Shown: piece by piece, positions 8,540-17,156 of the stretch
Layout of the letters: each line of letters starts with the position of its first letter
How positions within the stretch are numbered: the stretch's first letter is position 1
Assembly (NCBI GenBank): GCA_963708295.1
Contig: CAVPSJ010000009.1
Span: 1 to 17,824 of the forward strand
Direction: 5' to 3'
Source: an uncultured delta proteobacterium
Lineage (GTDB): Bacteria; Desulfobacterota; BSN033; UBA1163
DNA: 17,824 nucleotides
Translations under genes and position numbers: made by a program
The notes under the pieces: model-generated
Seen by the model: only the letters and a program-made list of their open reading frames with translations
Told to the model about the DNA's origin: nothing
The model's database searches: none

Positions 8540-9349
8540 ATGTTGGAGGTTTCATTGGATTTGCAAAAAGGACTGATTCAAACATGGGCCTTCGTGTTTA
8601 AGAACTGGATCATCGCGAAACGAAACATCTTCAGCCTCTTCGAGATCCTTTTCTGGCCGGTGGTGGGCTTTTTTTCCGTGGGTTTTTTAACGAGCTTTCT
8701 GGAACTGGACCCTAACAAGACCGGCTTCATTCTTCTCGGTATTATCGCCATGAGTGTGATTCAGGTCTGCCAGATTGATGTGGCCTATGTGTTGCTCTAC
8801 GACCTCTGGTCAAAATCTCTCAAACATACATTCATTGCCCCGGTCCAATCCTTCCAGCTGATTTTGGGCTCCTGGCTGATCGGGGTGGTTCGTTCGTTCT
8901 TCGTCTTTTTGGTACTTTCGGTTTGCAGCAGCCTTGTCTTTGGGTTCGACTTTTGGCGGCCGGGGCTGGGTCCTCTTATCCTTTTTCTTTTAGGCATCTT
9001 CCTCACCGCTGCCTCGGTGGGGATGAGCGTTTGTATTTTGGTTCTCCTCTTCGGATATATGGCTGACATCGCGGCCTGGTCCTTGAGCAGCCTGATGGCC
9101 CTGGTTTGTGGGATCTACTATCCTGTCTTCATCCTTCCTTTTCCCTTCCCGGAAATAGCCCAGGCCATTCCCCTGACGTATTTTCTGGCATACTTCCGTT
9201 CTTTTTATGGTTTCGACGAGGGGTTTAAGAACGTTCTAAGTTGGGGGTTCGGTTTGGCTGGATTTTATGTTGTCGTTGAAGCAATCCTTTTCAAGGCTGT
9301 GCTGCAGCGAGCGAGAAGGACCGGCGCCCTGATTAAGCTTTCGGAGTAA
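8540..9349 (+). CDS. ABC-2 type transporter permease
   Basis: Intact 269-aa ORF with about 6 TM helices, RBS GGAGGGAAGG, and the ABC-2 motif GIYYPVFILP...IAQAIPLTY. Confidence 0.92.
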   Translation: MLEVSLDLQKGLIQTWAFVFKNWIIAKRNIFSLFEILFWPVVGFFSVGFLTSFLELDPNKTGFILLGIIAMSVIQVCQIDVAYVLLYDLWSKSLKHTFIAPVQSFQLILGSWLIGVVRSFFVFLVLSVCSSLVFGFDFWRPGLGPLILFLLGIFLTAASVGMSVCILVLLFGYMADIAAWSLSSLMALVCGIYYPVFILPFPFPEIAQAIPLTYFLAYFRSFYGFDEGFKNVLSWGFGLAGFYVVVEAILFKAVLQRARRTGALIKLSE

Positions 9350-9353
9350 CCGC

Positions 9354-9430
9354 GCTCAAAGCTGAAGGGTGAAAGCTGAAAGCTCAAAGCTCAAAGCTCA
9401 AAGTGAAAGCTCAAAGCTCAAAGATTCAAA
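9354..9430 (+). repeat. Heptamer tandem array (GCTCAAA/GCTGAAA, about 11 units)
   Basis: GCTCAAA GCTGAAG GGTGAAA GCTGAAA GCTCAAA GCTCAAA GCTCAAA GTGAAA GCTCAAA GCTCAAA GATTCAAA, between convergent genes. Confidence 0.92.
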
Positions 9431-9465
9431 CCTTAATGATTCGTCCTGCACTCCGCATTCCCAGA

Positions 9466-10260
9466 TTATAATGTTTCCCACATTCGCTTTATCTTCTCTT
9501 TGCTGATCTTGAGGTAATCCCTGTCTTTGGAGAAGACTTCGAGGGTGATGGTCTCATCATACTGGACCTGTTTGAGTTCTTTGATAATCTTTTCGAAATC
9601 GATCATCCCGGCACCGATCGGCAAATGAGCATCTTCCTTTCCGAAGTTATCGTTGGCGTGGACATGGCCAATTCGGTAACCATGGAGGCGGATAAACTCC
9701 GAGGATCTGTTCTTCCCAGCGCCGAGATTGGCATGGCCAACATCCAGGGCAAGCTGAATTTCCGGAAAAGTATCGAAGACGGCCTGGAACTCATGAGGTT
9801 GCGAGAGAAAGCGAGCCTGGGGAAACATGTTTTCAATGCAGAGGGTGATATTGAGGCTCACGGCCTTCCTCAAGATGGCTTCGAGAGATTCCATTGCATA
9901 TCCCTTTGCCCTGTCCAGGACGAATTTCCCCATACCGGTGATGAAAGCAGGGTGAAGCACGGCTTTTTCGATTCCCAATTCCGCCGAGGCCTCGAGGGCT
10001 GCAAAATTTTCCTGAAGAGAGGCCTTCCTTAGACTCTCGTAGAGGTCGGAGGTCCAGACAAACGTGGGAAGGTGTGTCATGATACCCATTGGATATCGAT
10101 CCAAAAGGCCGAGGATCGCCCGTTTTTGTCCCAGGATTTTTTGTGGAAATGCCTCAGGAGGATCCATGGTCAGTTCCACATAATCGAAACCCATCTCTCC
10201 GATCTCTTCTATCTCCCTCAGCAGTGGCTTGATCGGAAAATTCATCGCCCCGTATCTCAT
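9466..10260 (-). CDS. Sugar phosphate isomerase/epimerase (xylose isomerase-like / AP endonuclease 2 TIM barrel)
   Basis: Intact 264-aa ORF. GFDYVEL, AVLHP, CIENM, LDVGHA, HVHANDN..DAHLPIGAG.IDF and ITLEV metal-binding motifs. Confidence 0.92.
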   Translation of the reverse strand: MRYGAMNFPIKPLLREIEEIGEMGFDYVELTMDPPEAFPQKILGQKRAILGLLDRYPMGIMTHLPTFVWTSDLYESLRKASLQENFAALEASAELGIEKAVLHPAFITGMGKFVLDRAKGYAMESLEAILRKAVSLNITLCIENMFPQARFLSQPHEFQAVFDTFPEIQLALDVGHANLGAGKNRSSEFIRLHGYRIGHVHANDNFGKEDAHLPIGAGMIDFEKIIKELKQVQYDETITLEVFSKDRDYLKISKEKIKRMWETL

Positions 10261-10322
10261 GATGAACTCCCATTCGGTAGATCAAAAGTGGTAAAGCGGA
10301 AATTGTGTTTCCGAGGACTCTC

Positions 10323-10414
10323 TTCGAACTTTGGGCTTTCAGCTTTGAGCCTTCAGCCTTGGATCTCATAGCTCTTGATTCTTAACTCTGAACTCCTTAC
10401 TCCGAACTCCGAAC
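10323..10414 (-). repeat. Heptamer tandem arrays (TTTGAGC/TTTCAGC type grading into TCCGAAC type)
   Basis: TTCGAAC TTTGGGC TTTCAGC TTTGAGC CTTCAGC CTTGGATC TCATAGC TCTTGAT TCTTAAC TCTGAAC TCCTTAC TCCGAAC TCCGAAC. The first part is the reverse complement of the 9354-9430 unit. Confidence 0.85.
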
Positions 10415-11737
10415 TTGTTTTTTAGCTTCTCTCACCCAAATCCTAATCTTTGCTTTTTGGGGAGGAGCCCCTTCCCGGGACACCTGCTCGATCTTATCAT
10501 AAAGGATTTCAGGATTCTCCTTTGCAAGCGAAGAAATCGAATCGATGCCCACTCCTTCTAATGAGCGAAGGTTCCCGACCCCGAGTCCTTTTAACCGAAC
10601 CAGGCGGGCTTTCTCGACCCATTGAATGAGTGATTCCTTGGGAATAAGGAGGCGAAGCGCCAGTTCGTCCATTTCTCTCTTTTCTCTGGTTTTTGAAAGA
10701 AGGTCGCCCAAGGTTGCGATCCCTACTTTCGGAAGCTCTTTTCGGTAGTGAGGCTCTATCCAATAAGCATCCTCGATTCTGGGATAATAGGAGTCAACGG
10801 TATTTGAGTCGATGGCCCTGAACATAAAGACGCAGAAAATTCCAATGAGAATGGCCGTCAAGATGATCGTCATGGGTCTCGTCTTTTTCTGCTGATGCAG
10901 GCGACAGGTGGATTCTTCCCAACCCCTCCCAGACCGAAACAGAGAGATGAAGTTATACATCACATAAGCTTGAACCGCAAAAGGAGGAAAGCCGAGAAAA
11001 CCGAGGAAAGGCATTTCAAACCCTTTTGGCCTTTCAAAGAAAGGGACCGTGTAAACCCATTTCGACAGGGCCCAAAAATTCCACAGCTCCCAGAGAAATC
11101 CGCAGATCAGTCCAGCAACGAGCAAAAGGTATATTTTTTGCGGACTTCCTTCTTCCAGATCTTTCAAGAGAGATTTGTTCCCGAGCCTGTAATTTAAGGG
11201 GTCCAGGAGAAAGATGAATCCGACCCAGATCAGGGGAAACAAATATTCAGGGACGAGCACGGATGACGCCAGGCAGAAGATTCCCAGGAGAATCAGAATG
11301 AAATGTCCTCCGGGCGAAAGGGCCGTTTTCTTGATCCTACATTTCCTAAACAATCCCAAAGACTCCAATAATTCAGTCGTCTCGAACATCCCCGGGAGGA
11401 CGGTCCCATAGGCAACCGCGTAGCCCAACCATCTCTCGACCGTAGAGTGGGGAAGGTTGATATAAAACCAATTTTCTAAAGAGAGATTGGCAGCTTCGAA
11501 GATCAACCAGATGAAGATGGACCAGGGAATCATGAGAAGAAACTCTTTGTTTCGATTCATGATGAGAGAATTTCCTTTTAAACGATAAATGACTGCGTCG
11601 ACAGTGAGGATATAAGACCACCAGGCAAAGGAATAAAACCAGCTGTAAAAGGGATCGATCTTTTTGAAAACAGCGATTTCAGAAACCAGGAGGAGAAGGA
11701 TCCCGAAAATGCCATGAAGGGGAAGGTTCTTTTTCAT
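10397..11737 (-). CDS. Multi-TM membrane protein with C-terminal DUF4332 (helix-hairpin-helix) domain
   Basis: Likely start MKKNLPLHG at 11737 (the ORF extension to 11872 runs through a repeat). About 9-10 hydrophobic segments, then LPKVGIATLGDLL...WVEKARLVRLKGLG..NLRSLEGVGIDSISSLAKENPEIL..KI...P....IRIWV.EAK. Confidence 0.85.
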   Translation of the reverse strand: MKKNLPLHGIFGILLLLVSEIAVFKKIDPFYSWFYSFAWWSYILTVDAVIYRLKGNSLIMNRNKEFLLMIPWSIFIWLIFEAANLSLENWFYINLPHSTVERWLGYAVAYGTVLPGMFETTELLESLGLFRKCRIKKTALSPGGHFILILLGIFCLASSVLVPEYLFPLIWVGFIFLLDPLNYRLGNKSLLKDLEEGSPQKIYLLLVAGLICGFLWELWNFWALSKWVYTVPFFERPKGFEMPFLGFLGFPPFAVQAYVMYNFISLFRSGRGWEESTCRLHQQKKTRPMTIILTAILIGIFCVFMFRAIDSNTVDSYYPRIEDAYWIEPHYRKELPKVGIATLGDLLSKTREKREMDELALRLLIPKESLIQWVEKARLVRLKGLGVGNLRSLEGVGIDSISSLAKENPEILYDKIEQVSREGAPPQKAKIRIWVREAKKQVRSSE

Positions 11738-11744
11738 CAAGCCT

Positions 11745-11773
11745 AATTTAGCATATTCGCAATCTTCAGACAA
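11745..11773 (-). promoter_or_regulatory. Putative sigma70 promoter of the DUF4332 gene (likely leaderless transcript)
   Basis: On the minus strand TTGTCT (11773-11768), 17 bp, TAAATT (11750-11745) with an extended TG, 7 nt upstream of the ATG at 11737. No SD. Confidence 0.5.
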
Positions 11774-11830
11774 TTGCGATGAAGTTTCTTGAAGCTCCGA
11801 CCGTTCATCCCTCCGAGGCCGTGTTGTCAT

Positions 11831-12001
11831 GTTCATTGCGAGGGAGAAAAACGACGAAAGCAATCTCATCACGAGTTAAAAACGAAGAGATTGCCACGCC
11901 TGCTTGCGGAAACATTTGTCTGCACAAACCGCTTGGGTTGAGAGAGGCACTCCGGCGTGCAGGCACTCTCTCCCGCTAAAGCGGGGTCGCTCGCAATGAC
12001 A
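11831..12001. repeat. RPE/REP-like palindromic element with nested insertions
   Basis: GTTCATTGCGAGGGAG..CGACGAAAGCAATCTC ... GAGATTGCCAC[GCCTGC...GCAGGC 11898-11964]..[CCCGCTAAAGCGGG 11972-11985]..TCGCTCGCAATGACA. TCATTGCGAG/CTCGCAATGA and GCAATCTC/GAGATTGC are inverted pairs. Confidence 0.8.
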
Positions 12002-12118
12002 AGGAGGGATTGAGACGCAGTCTCGGATAAGACCGAGTGGGAGAGAAAAGACAGGTGGGTTGGTAACGAAAATTTTATTGCCCCTGGATAAGCAAGCGCT
12101 TTAGAATTTCATAGGGTT

Positions 12119-12127
12119 TGGTATAAT
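12119..12127 (+). promoter_or_regulatory. Extended -10 promoter of the DUF4301 gene
   Basis: TGGTATAAT (TGn + TATAAT at 12122-12127), followed by a purine-rich RBS region and ATG at 12153. Confidence 0.55.
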
Positions 12128-12152
12128 GGGGTCGAGAAGGAAAGGGAATGGA

Positions 12153-13725
12153 ATGAGGGGTTTCGAATTCAGCCGGGATGATCGTCTCCAGATGCAGCGT
12201 CTGGGTGTTTCGGAAGACCAGGTGAGAGCGCAGATTCAGGTATTCGGGAAGCCCTTGTTCTTCGCGCGACTCCGCCGGCCCTGTACTCTTGGAGACGGGA
12301 TTCAACAGATTCCCCCCAGATACATTGAATGCTCTACCCATTTGCACGAAGAGGCTGCCCAGAAGGGTCGTTTCACAAATTTCTGCAGCCTGCGCACGGG
12401 GCGGCGGACGAAATGTTTAAAATTCCTCTTCGAAATCTATGGCCGGGCCACTTGCCCTCCATGAAAGAATTCCGTGAGGGCCGACAGAGGAGACCGGAAG
12501 GCAAAGGATTTTCTTTGTTTTTGCGATGGAATTCAAAAGTTGGCCTTTTTCGATGATTTGAAATGGAATTATGAGACAAGAAGGCCTTCGGTGGATGAGT
12601 TGTTTGAGGATCGATGGCAGAAAATTCTAAATCCATGCTGAGCAAGCAGGGCTTGAATTACGGGGTCCTTCCCAAGGGGTTATTGGAGTTTCACCGATAT
12701 TCGTCTGGAAATCGCACGGCGCTGGAAGACGTTTGGTTGAGGGCCCGTGCGGTTACGGTTTGAGTGAAGATCGAAAGGAGTTTGCCCGCATTCACTTGAC
12801 TGTCTCGCCGGAGCATGAAGGACCTTTCCGCCGATATTTTGAAAAGATAAAGTCTGGGTACGAGCAACAGTTTCAGTGCCTCTTGGAAGTCACTTTTTCG
12901 ATTCAAAAACATTGACCGATACGATTGCCGTGGATTTGGAAAATCGGCCCTTTGAGAGGAACCGACGCCTTCTCTTCAGGCCCGGAGGCCACGGGGCGAT
13001 TCTCTCGAATCTGGCGGAGGTCCAGGGGGATCTTATATTATCTCAAAAATATTGACAACATCTTGCCGGACCGGCTGGGGGGCTGCTGATAACTTGGAAG
13101 AGCATTAGGTGGACTTCTGGTAGAAGATGGCGGAAAAAGGATTGGAATTTGGTGGGGGCAGTTGACAGAGGGTTCGAAAGACGCTGGGCTGCTTGAAATG
13201 GTCATAGACTTGCCAGGAAAAGGCTTCTGATACAAGACTTAGCAAAGCTTTTAAACAATGGAGCATTGAAAAGAAAAGGGGTTACCTTCTGAAGGGACTG
13301 GAACCGTGCCTGAGGGTGTGCGGGATGGTTGCAAGTGGTAAAAGGAGAGTGCACGGGGGAGGGCCTTTCTGGTGGAAAGATGGGAATTTGTATTCTGCAA
13401 ATCGTTGAAAGCGCCGAGGTGGATCCCCAATCATCTGAACAACAGGCGATTGGGGCTCTTCAACCAGTTTCAACCCCGTTGACCTTGTCTGCGCTGTCAA
13501 AGGGTGAATGCGTTGCCTGAAAAACTACGTCAACCCGGAGGCTTTATTTTCATTTCTTCAAAAGTCCAAAGACAGCCGGGTGCTCAGGAGTTCACTGGAA
13601 TTACCCGGCTTATGGAACGGGGCCATGGCGGAGTGGATGACCCTCTTTGAGGTACCATGGCTACTTTTGCAACCCCAGTTAAAACGGTCAATGACTTGCT
13701 CAAATCCGAACATCAAGCTGGGTAA
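12153..13725 (+). CDS. DUF4301 family protein (heavily frameshifted in this sequence)
   Basis: Fragments across frames: PCTLGDGI, KF..PAxGAA..MFK, LNYGVLPKGLLEFHRY, IHLTVSPEH, SIQK..TDTIAVD, LFRPGGHGA, KNIDN, RVCGMV, GGGPFW, LQIVESAEVD, FNPVDLVC, LELPGLWNGAMAEW, PVKTVNDLLKSEHQAG*. Confidence 0.88.
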
Positions 13726-13844
13726 CGAAGTCTACAAATTGACCTGTAGTCCTTTTTTCTTCAGATAATCCTTGACTTCCCTGATGCTTAAGATGCGGTA
13801 GTGAAAAACCGACGCAGCGAGTAATCTGAGCGCCGCCCTAACAA

Positions 13845-13871
13845 AGTCCCTCCTCCCGAGGAGGAGGGACT
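13845..13871 (-). terminator. Intrinsic terminator hairpin between convergent genes
   Basis: Perfect 12-bp stem AGTCCCTCCTCC / CGA / GGAGGAGGGACT, followed by TTGTT on the minus strand; downstream of both DUF4301 (+) and the VIT gene (-). Confidence 0.7.
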
Positions 13872-13907
13872 GTTGAGGAATACATGTTCACTCAGGATGT
13901 TGTTAAG

Positions 13908-16263
13908 TTAAACGAAACACGACAGTTGCTTTATCGGTGCCTTCAGGTGAGGGGAAGGTGAGTTTTTGATCTCTTCGATAATGCATTGTTCAAGAGTTTT
14001 ATCCTTGAGTTTGCTCGAAACCAAGCTCACCTTCGTGACCTGGCCCTTTGAATCAATGACCATCGGGAAGGTCGCTTCTCCTTGATCGTAGGTTTTTCTC
14101 TCCAAGGCCTTTTGATAGCATATCTCGATAACGGGATCTGTTGTTTGAGGACATTTTCGAATGTCCTCCTCCACTGGACAGGCTCACGGTTGAAGTGATC
14201 TTTCTAATTGAGCAGACACGCGCGGCAATTTGGAAATCGAACGCTCATCCTTGCACTCCTCTTCTCTCACTTGGTTTTTTCAACCCCCGTGGATCTAAGA
14301 GCGGCAAGTGGTGACATGATTTTTGGGCAACCGTTCTCTTCCCAGGCATAGTCGGAGACCCCTTCAGGCAATGGAAGCGGTTGTTTCACCGTTATCGCCT
14401 CGACCGTTCACGAGCCGGACCTGGGTGTTGACGGCTATAAATGACGTATGAGCGGTCAGTAAGTTATAGCTAGGCCCAGGTGGGTCACTTGGGTGTCTCG
14501 GGTCCGGCATCTTGATGGAGGAGTTGTAGTCAGATAAGAGGGCTGATTCGATGTCGGGCCCAAAGGTATTGGAGGGCAGAATTGGATTGAGGGGTCTTTC
14601 TTTTCGGGTGTCATTTTATGTTGCATATGGGAGCGACCGCGCCATTCCGTCAGAGTTATTTCTCCCATTTGCTTTCCACGCCATTTTCCGAAGATGAGGA
14701 CGGGCCGCTCAGCAAATACGTCAGGGAAGCTGAGGGGTTCCGCATCGTACGCATTGAACTTTCCAAAGTCCACCTGAGTCTTTGTAAGACCGGTGACTCT
14801 CTATTTTTCCTGTGAATTTCTCCGCCTTCTCGAGTTCTTCAAGCTTGCTGATGACAAACGGTTCGCCGACTTCCCACTCGGGCCATCCCTTCCAGGAGAT
14901 GGCGGTTCACGCTTGAACCGATTCCGAAGGTGAACATGTTGGCATCGCCAAGGTTTTTCCGGATCAGATCAAATGACTTCTTCCTCCTACCGTGACGTAG
15001 CCAAGTCTAGTTGCGATCACCACAGAGCGGGAGTAGTTCTCGGACCGCGGCAAGTGAGAGGGCCCGCTTCAGGGCAGGCAGAAGCTCTGTCCCGCCGCCA
15101 CCGTGTTGCCTGTCGATAAGGTTCGATTGCATAGCCGGATGTTTTCAGAGGTCTCTCGGGTAGGGATTGTTCTGACATTAGATGAGGAGCCACCGGAAAA
15201 GAGCAGTACGTTGAACTTGTCCGTGGGGCGGAGGTTTCGAATTAGATCTTTAAGGAGTTTCTTAGATATCTCCAGCGGGAAACCATACGTCGAACCCGAG
15301 ACATCGACGATGAAGATATACTCGCGGGGGAGGAAGCTGGCTGACATTCCTACTCGTTTTGGAGGTTGAAGCATAAGAAGAAAAAATTCTCTTTTTTTTT
15401 TCACCTTTCGAACAGAAGAAGTCCGGATTGCACCTTCCCGCCAGCGAGTTGGTATTTCAGGATGAAGTCGCGGTTCCCGCCGGTCTTTTCCGAGGGATCG
15501 AGCTCTGATGGATGCACGGGAAGGCCCATGGTACTGGATGTTTACCTTATTAGAGGAGTCAGGCGACATTCTGAATGGGAAGACCAGCCGCAAGATTGGC
15601 GGTCAGGTCAAAGGTGTAGGACTGGAGATTCACCCTGGCGTTGAATAAGGGTTCTCCACCCACTTCTGAGGGGGGAGGGCTGTTTCTGCAGGCTGGTTGG
15701 AATAGCGCGGTCCCAACCGACGGTTGGATAAACAAATTCGTAGATCCCATCGGTTGGGACCAGGAGCTCGGTATATTTCATCTCCACCTGGATTACGTCT
15801 CCGGGCAAGATGTTGGCGACGTTTCATCTGCGAACGACATTGGGTCTCTGTTGTTCTAACAGGGAGGCGCTTCCTTTGTTGCTTTGCCTCTTCGTACTGA
15901 CGCCGCGCTTCTTTGTCGCGTTTTGAGATCTTGGCAATGAGGGTTCGTTTTCCAATGGTCATTTTCATTCCGTAAACCGCGGCTCGGGTCGACGCGTCGG
16001 GGAAGATGTAGATCGCCTCAAGAGGTCTTTTGCCTTCGTTCTTATAGACTTGTGTCACGATGACATCAGCGATCACTCCTACTAGCTTGATATCAGCGGA
16101 GGTTGATTTCAGGGCGTTGGTCCACTCTGGGGTCGTCGCTCTTAACGAAGAAGTACGGGGAGAGGGTCTTGTTGATTCCTCCATGGGTTGGCCCAGGGCA
16201 CTCGCAGCAAGAAGCATCAACATTGCGAAGAGAGGAGGCAAAAAGACTGTTTATCGAGGCCAT
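13908..16263 (-). CDS. Secreted VIT (vault/inter-alpha-trypsin) + VWA domain protein with C-terminal TonB-C-like (AgmX/PglI-type) domain (heavily frameshifted)
   Basis: Signal-like N-terminus; KTLSPYFFVKSDDP, GVIADVIVTQVYKNEG.RPLEAIYIFP.STRAAVYGMKMTIG (VIT); YEFVYPTV; PREYIFIVDVSGS MIDAS motif; FNVLLFSGGS; PDVFAERPVLIFGKWRG; TVKQPLPLPEGVSDYA; C-terminal IEICYQKAL...IDSKGQVTKVSLVSSKLKDKTLEQCI. Confidence 0.88.
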
Positions 16264-16300
16264 TTTCGTTTCCCTTTGGATTGGAATTCGATTCACTAAA

Positions 16301-16328
16301 TAGACAAGAAAGAAACAAAAAAGTTTCC
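16301..16328 (-). promoter_or_regulatory. ECF-sigma-type promoter of the VIT-VWA gene
   Basis: Minus strand GGAAACTT, T-rich spacer, GTCTA, ending 37 nt upstream of the ATG at 16263; matches the GAAC/AAAC ... GTC pattern of ECF promoters. Confidence 0.6.
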
Positions 16329-16455
16329 GGATTTCTGAAAGATCATCTGGAATAGATTTAAAGATAGCCCTGAAACAAGGGAAGGAAGCGAGTCAATTCT
16401 GGCTGGATACAGATGCTTAGGAGATTCTGAATCGAGACTGTAGGTTGACCGGCGC

Positions 16456-17156
16456 TTACTTATTTTTCCCCCAAAGCTTCATTCTTGAGGAATCGATTTG
16501 CAATCGATCCATCTCCAGGTGCTTGAGGGGACGTCATAACGCATTATATATCCCGCGAATGGCTGCGAAAATAGAATTGAGATTTTTTTCTGCATAAATC
16601 AATGAATAAGTAACTTTTACCATCTGAGAAAGGAAATGAGCGTCTGAGTTTCCGACCAACGGGAATCCAAAAGATTGGGCTCCTTCTGACCTCCTTTGAT
16701 TAAAGTTGATCATCGAGGAATGGAAATGGCGGTGTTCGAGCGCGTCAAAGAGATTCCGGTGTTTCAAAAGGTATCCATTTAAAGAATAGGTTCCAGGGAA
16801 GTGGGGTCGGGGCAACGATCAAGGTTTCCGGGCGACGCAATTTTGAAAGAGACAGAAAATCCGAGCACATTCGATCTATCGGGCAGCAAAAACGAGGACA
16901 TGACGTCTTGAATCGTCATCTCGACGCCGGGGATGAGGAGGATACCTCTTCCGGGCGTAGGAATGAAGGTCGTGATTGAACGTCATGTGATGATGGTAAT
17001 CGAAATAGCAGTTCAAAATTTTCATCGGCAGCTTGGAGATAAGCTCTTTTGCCGAGTATCGTACGCGGGGTCAAGGGGATCTTCAGCCGTGTGGAGGTGC
17101 AGGTCAGCTTTCAGCGGTCTCTGCTTCTATTTGTCTTCGCAATCGATTCCTGGCAA
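16456..17156 (-). CDS. PHP-domain (polymerase and histidinol phosphatase) metal-dependent phosphoesterase (frameshifted; ends approximate)
   Basis: Minus-strand fragments LKADLHLHTAEDP, YSAKELISKAA, ITxHHH, ILLIPGVEMTI, PHFPG, FDALE, LVGNSDAHF. HxH, E and DAH are PHP metal ligands. Confidence 0.88.

Noticed and set aside
9354-9430. CRISPR array
   Set aside because: Units are 7 bp and contiguous, with no unique spacers and no cas genes.
13795-13815. GCGGTAGTGAAAAACCGAC resembling the 3' end of a c-di-GMP-II riboswitch
   Set aside because: The upstream pseudoknot partner and 5' stem are missing, and no gene lies downstream on this strand.
166-17156. Programmed frameshifting, stop-codon reassignment or selenocysteine readthrough
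   Set aside because: Breaks are scattered indels in unrelated genes, not consistent in-frame stops or slippery sites; intact genes use standard stop codons.
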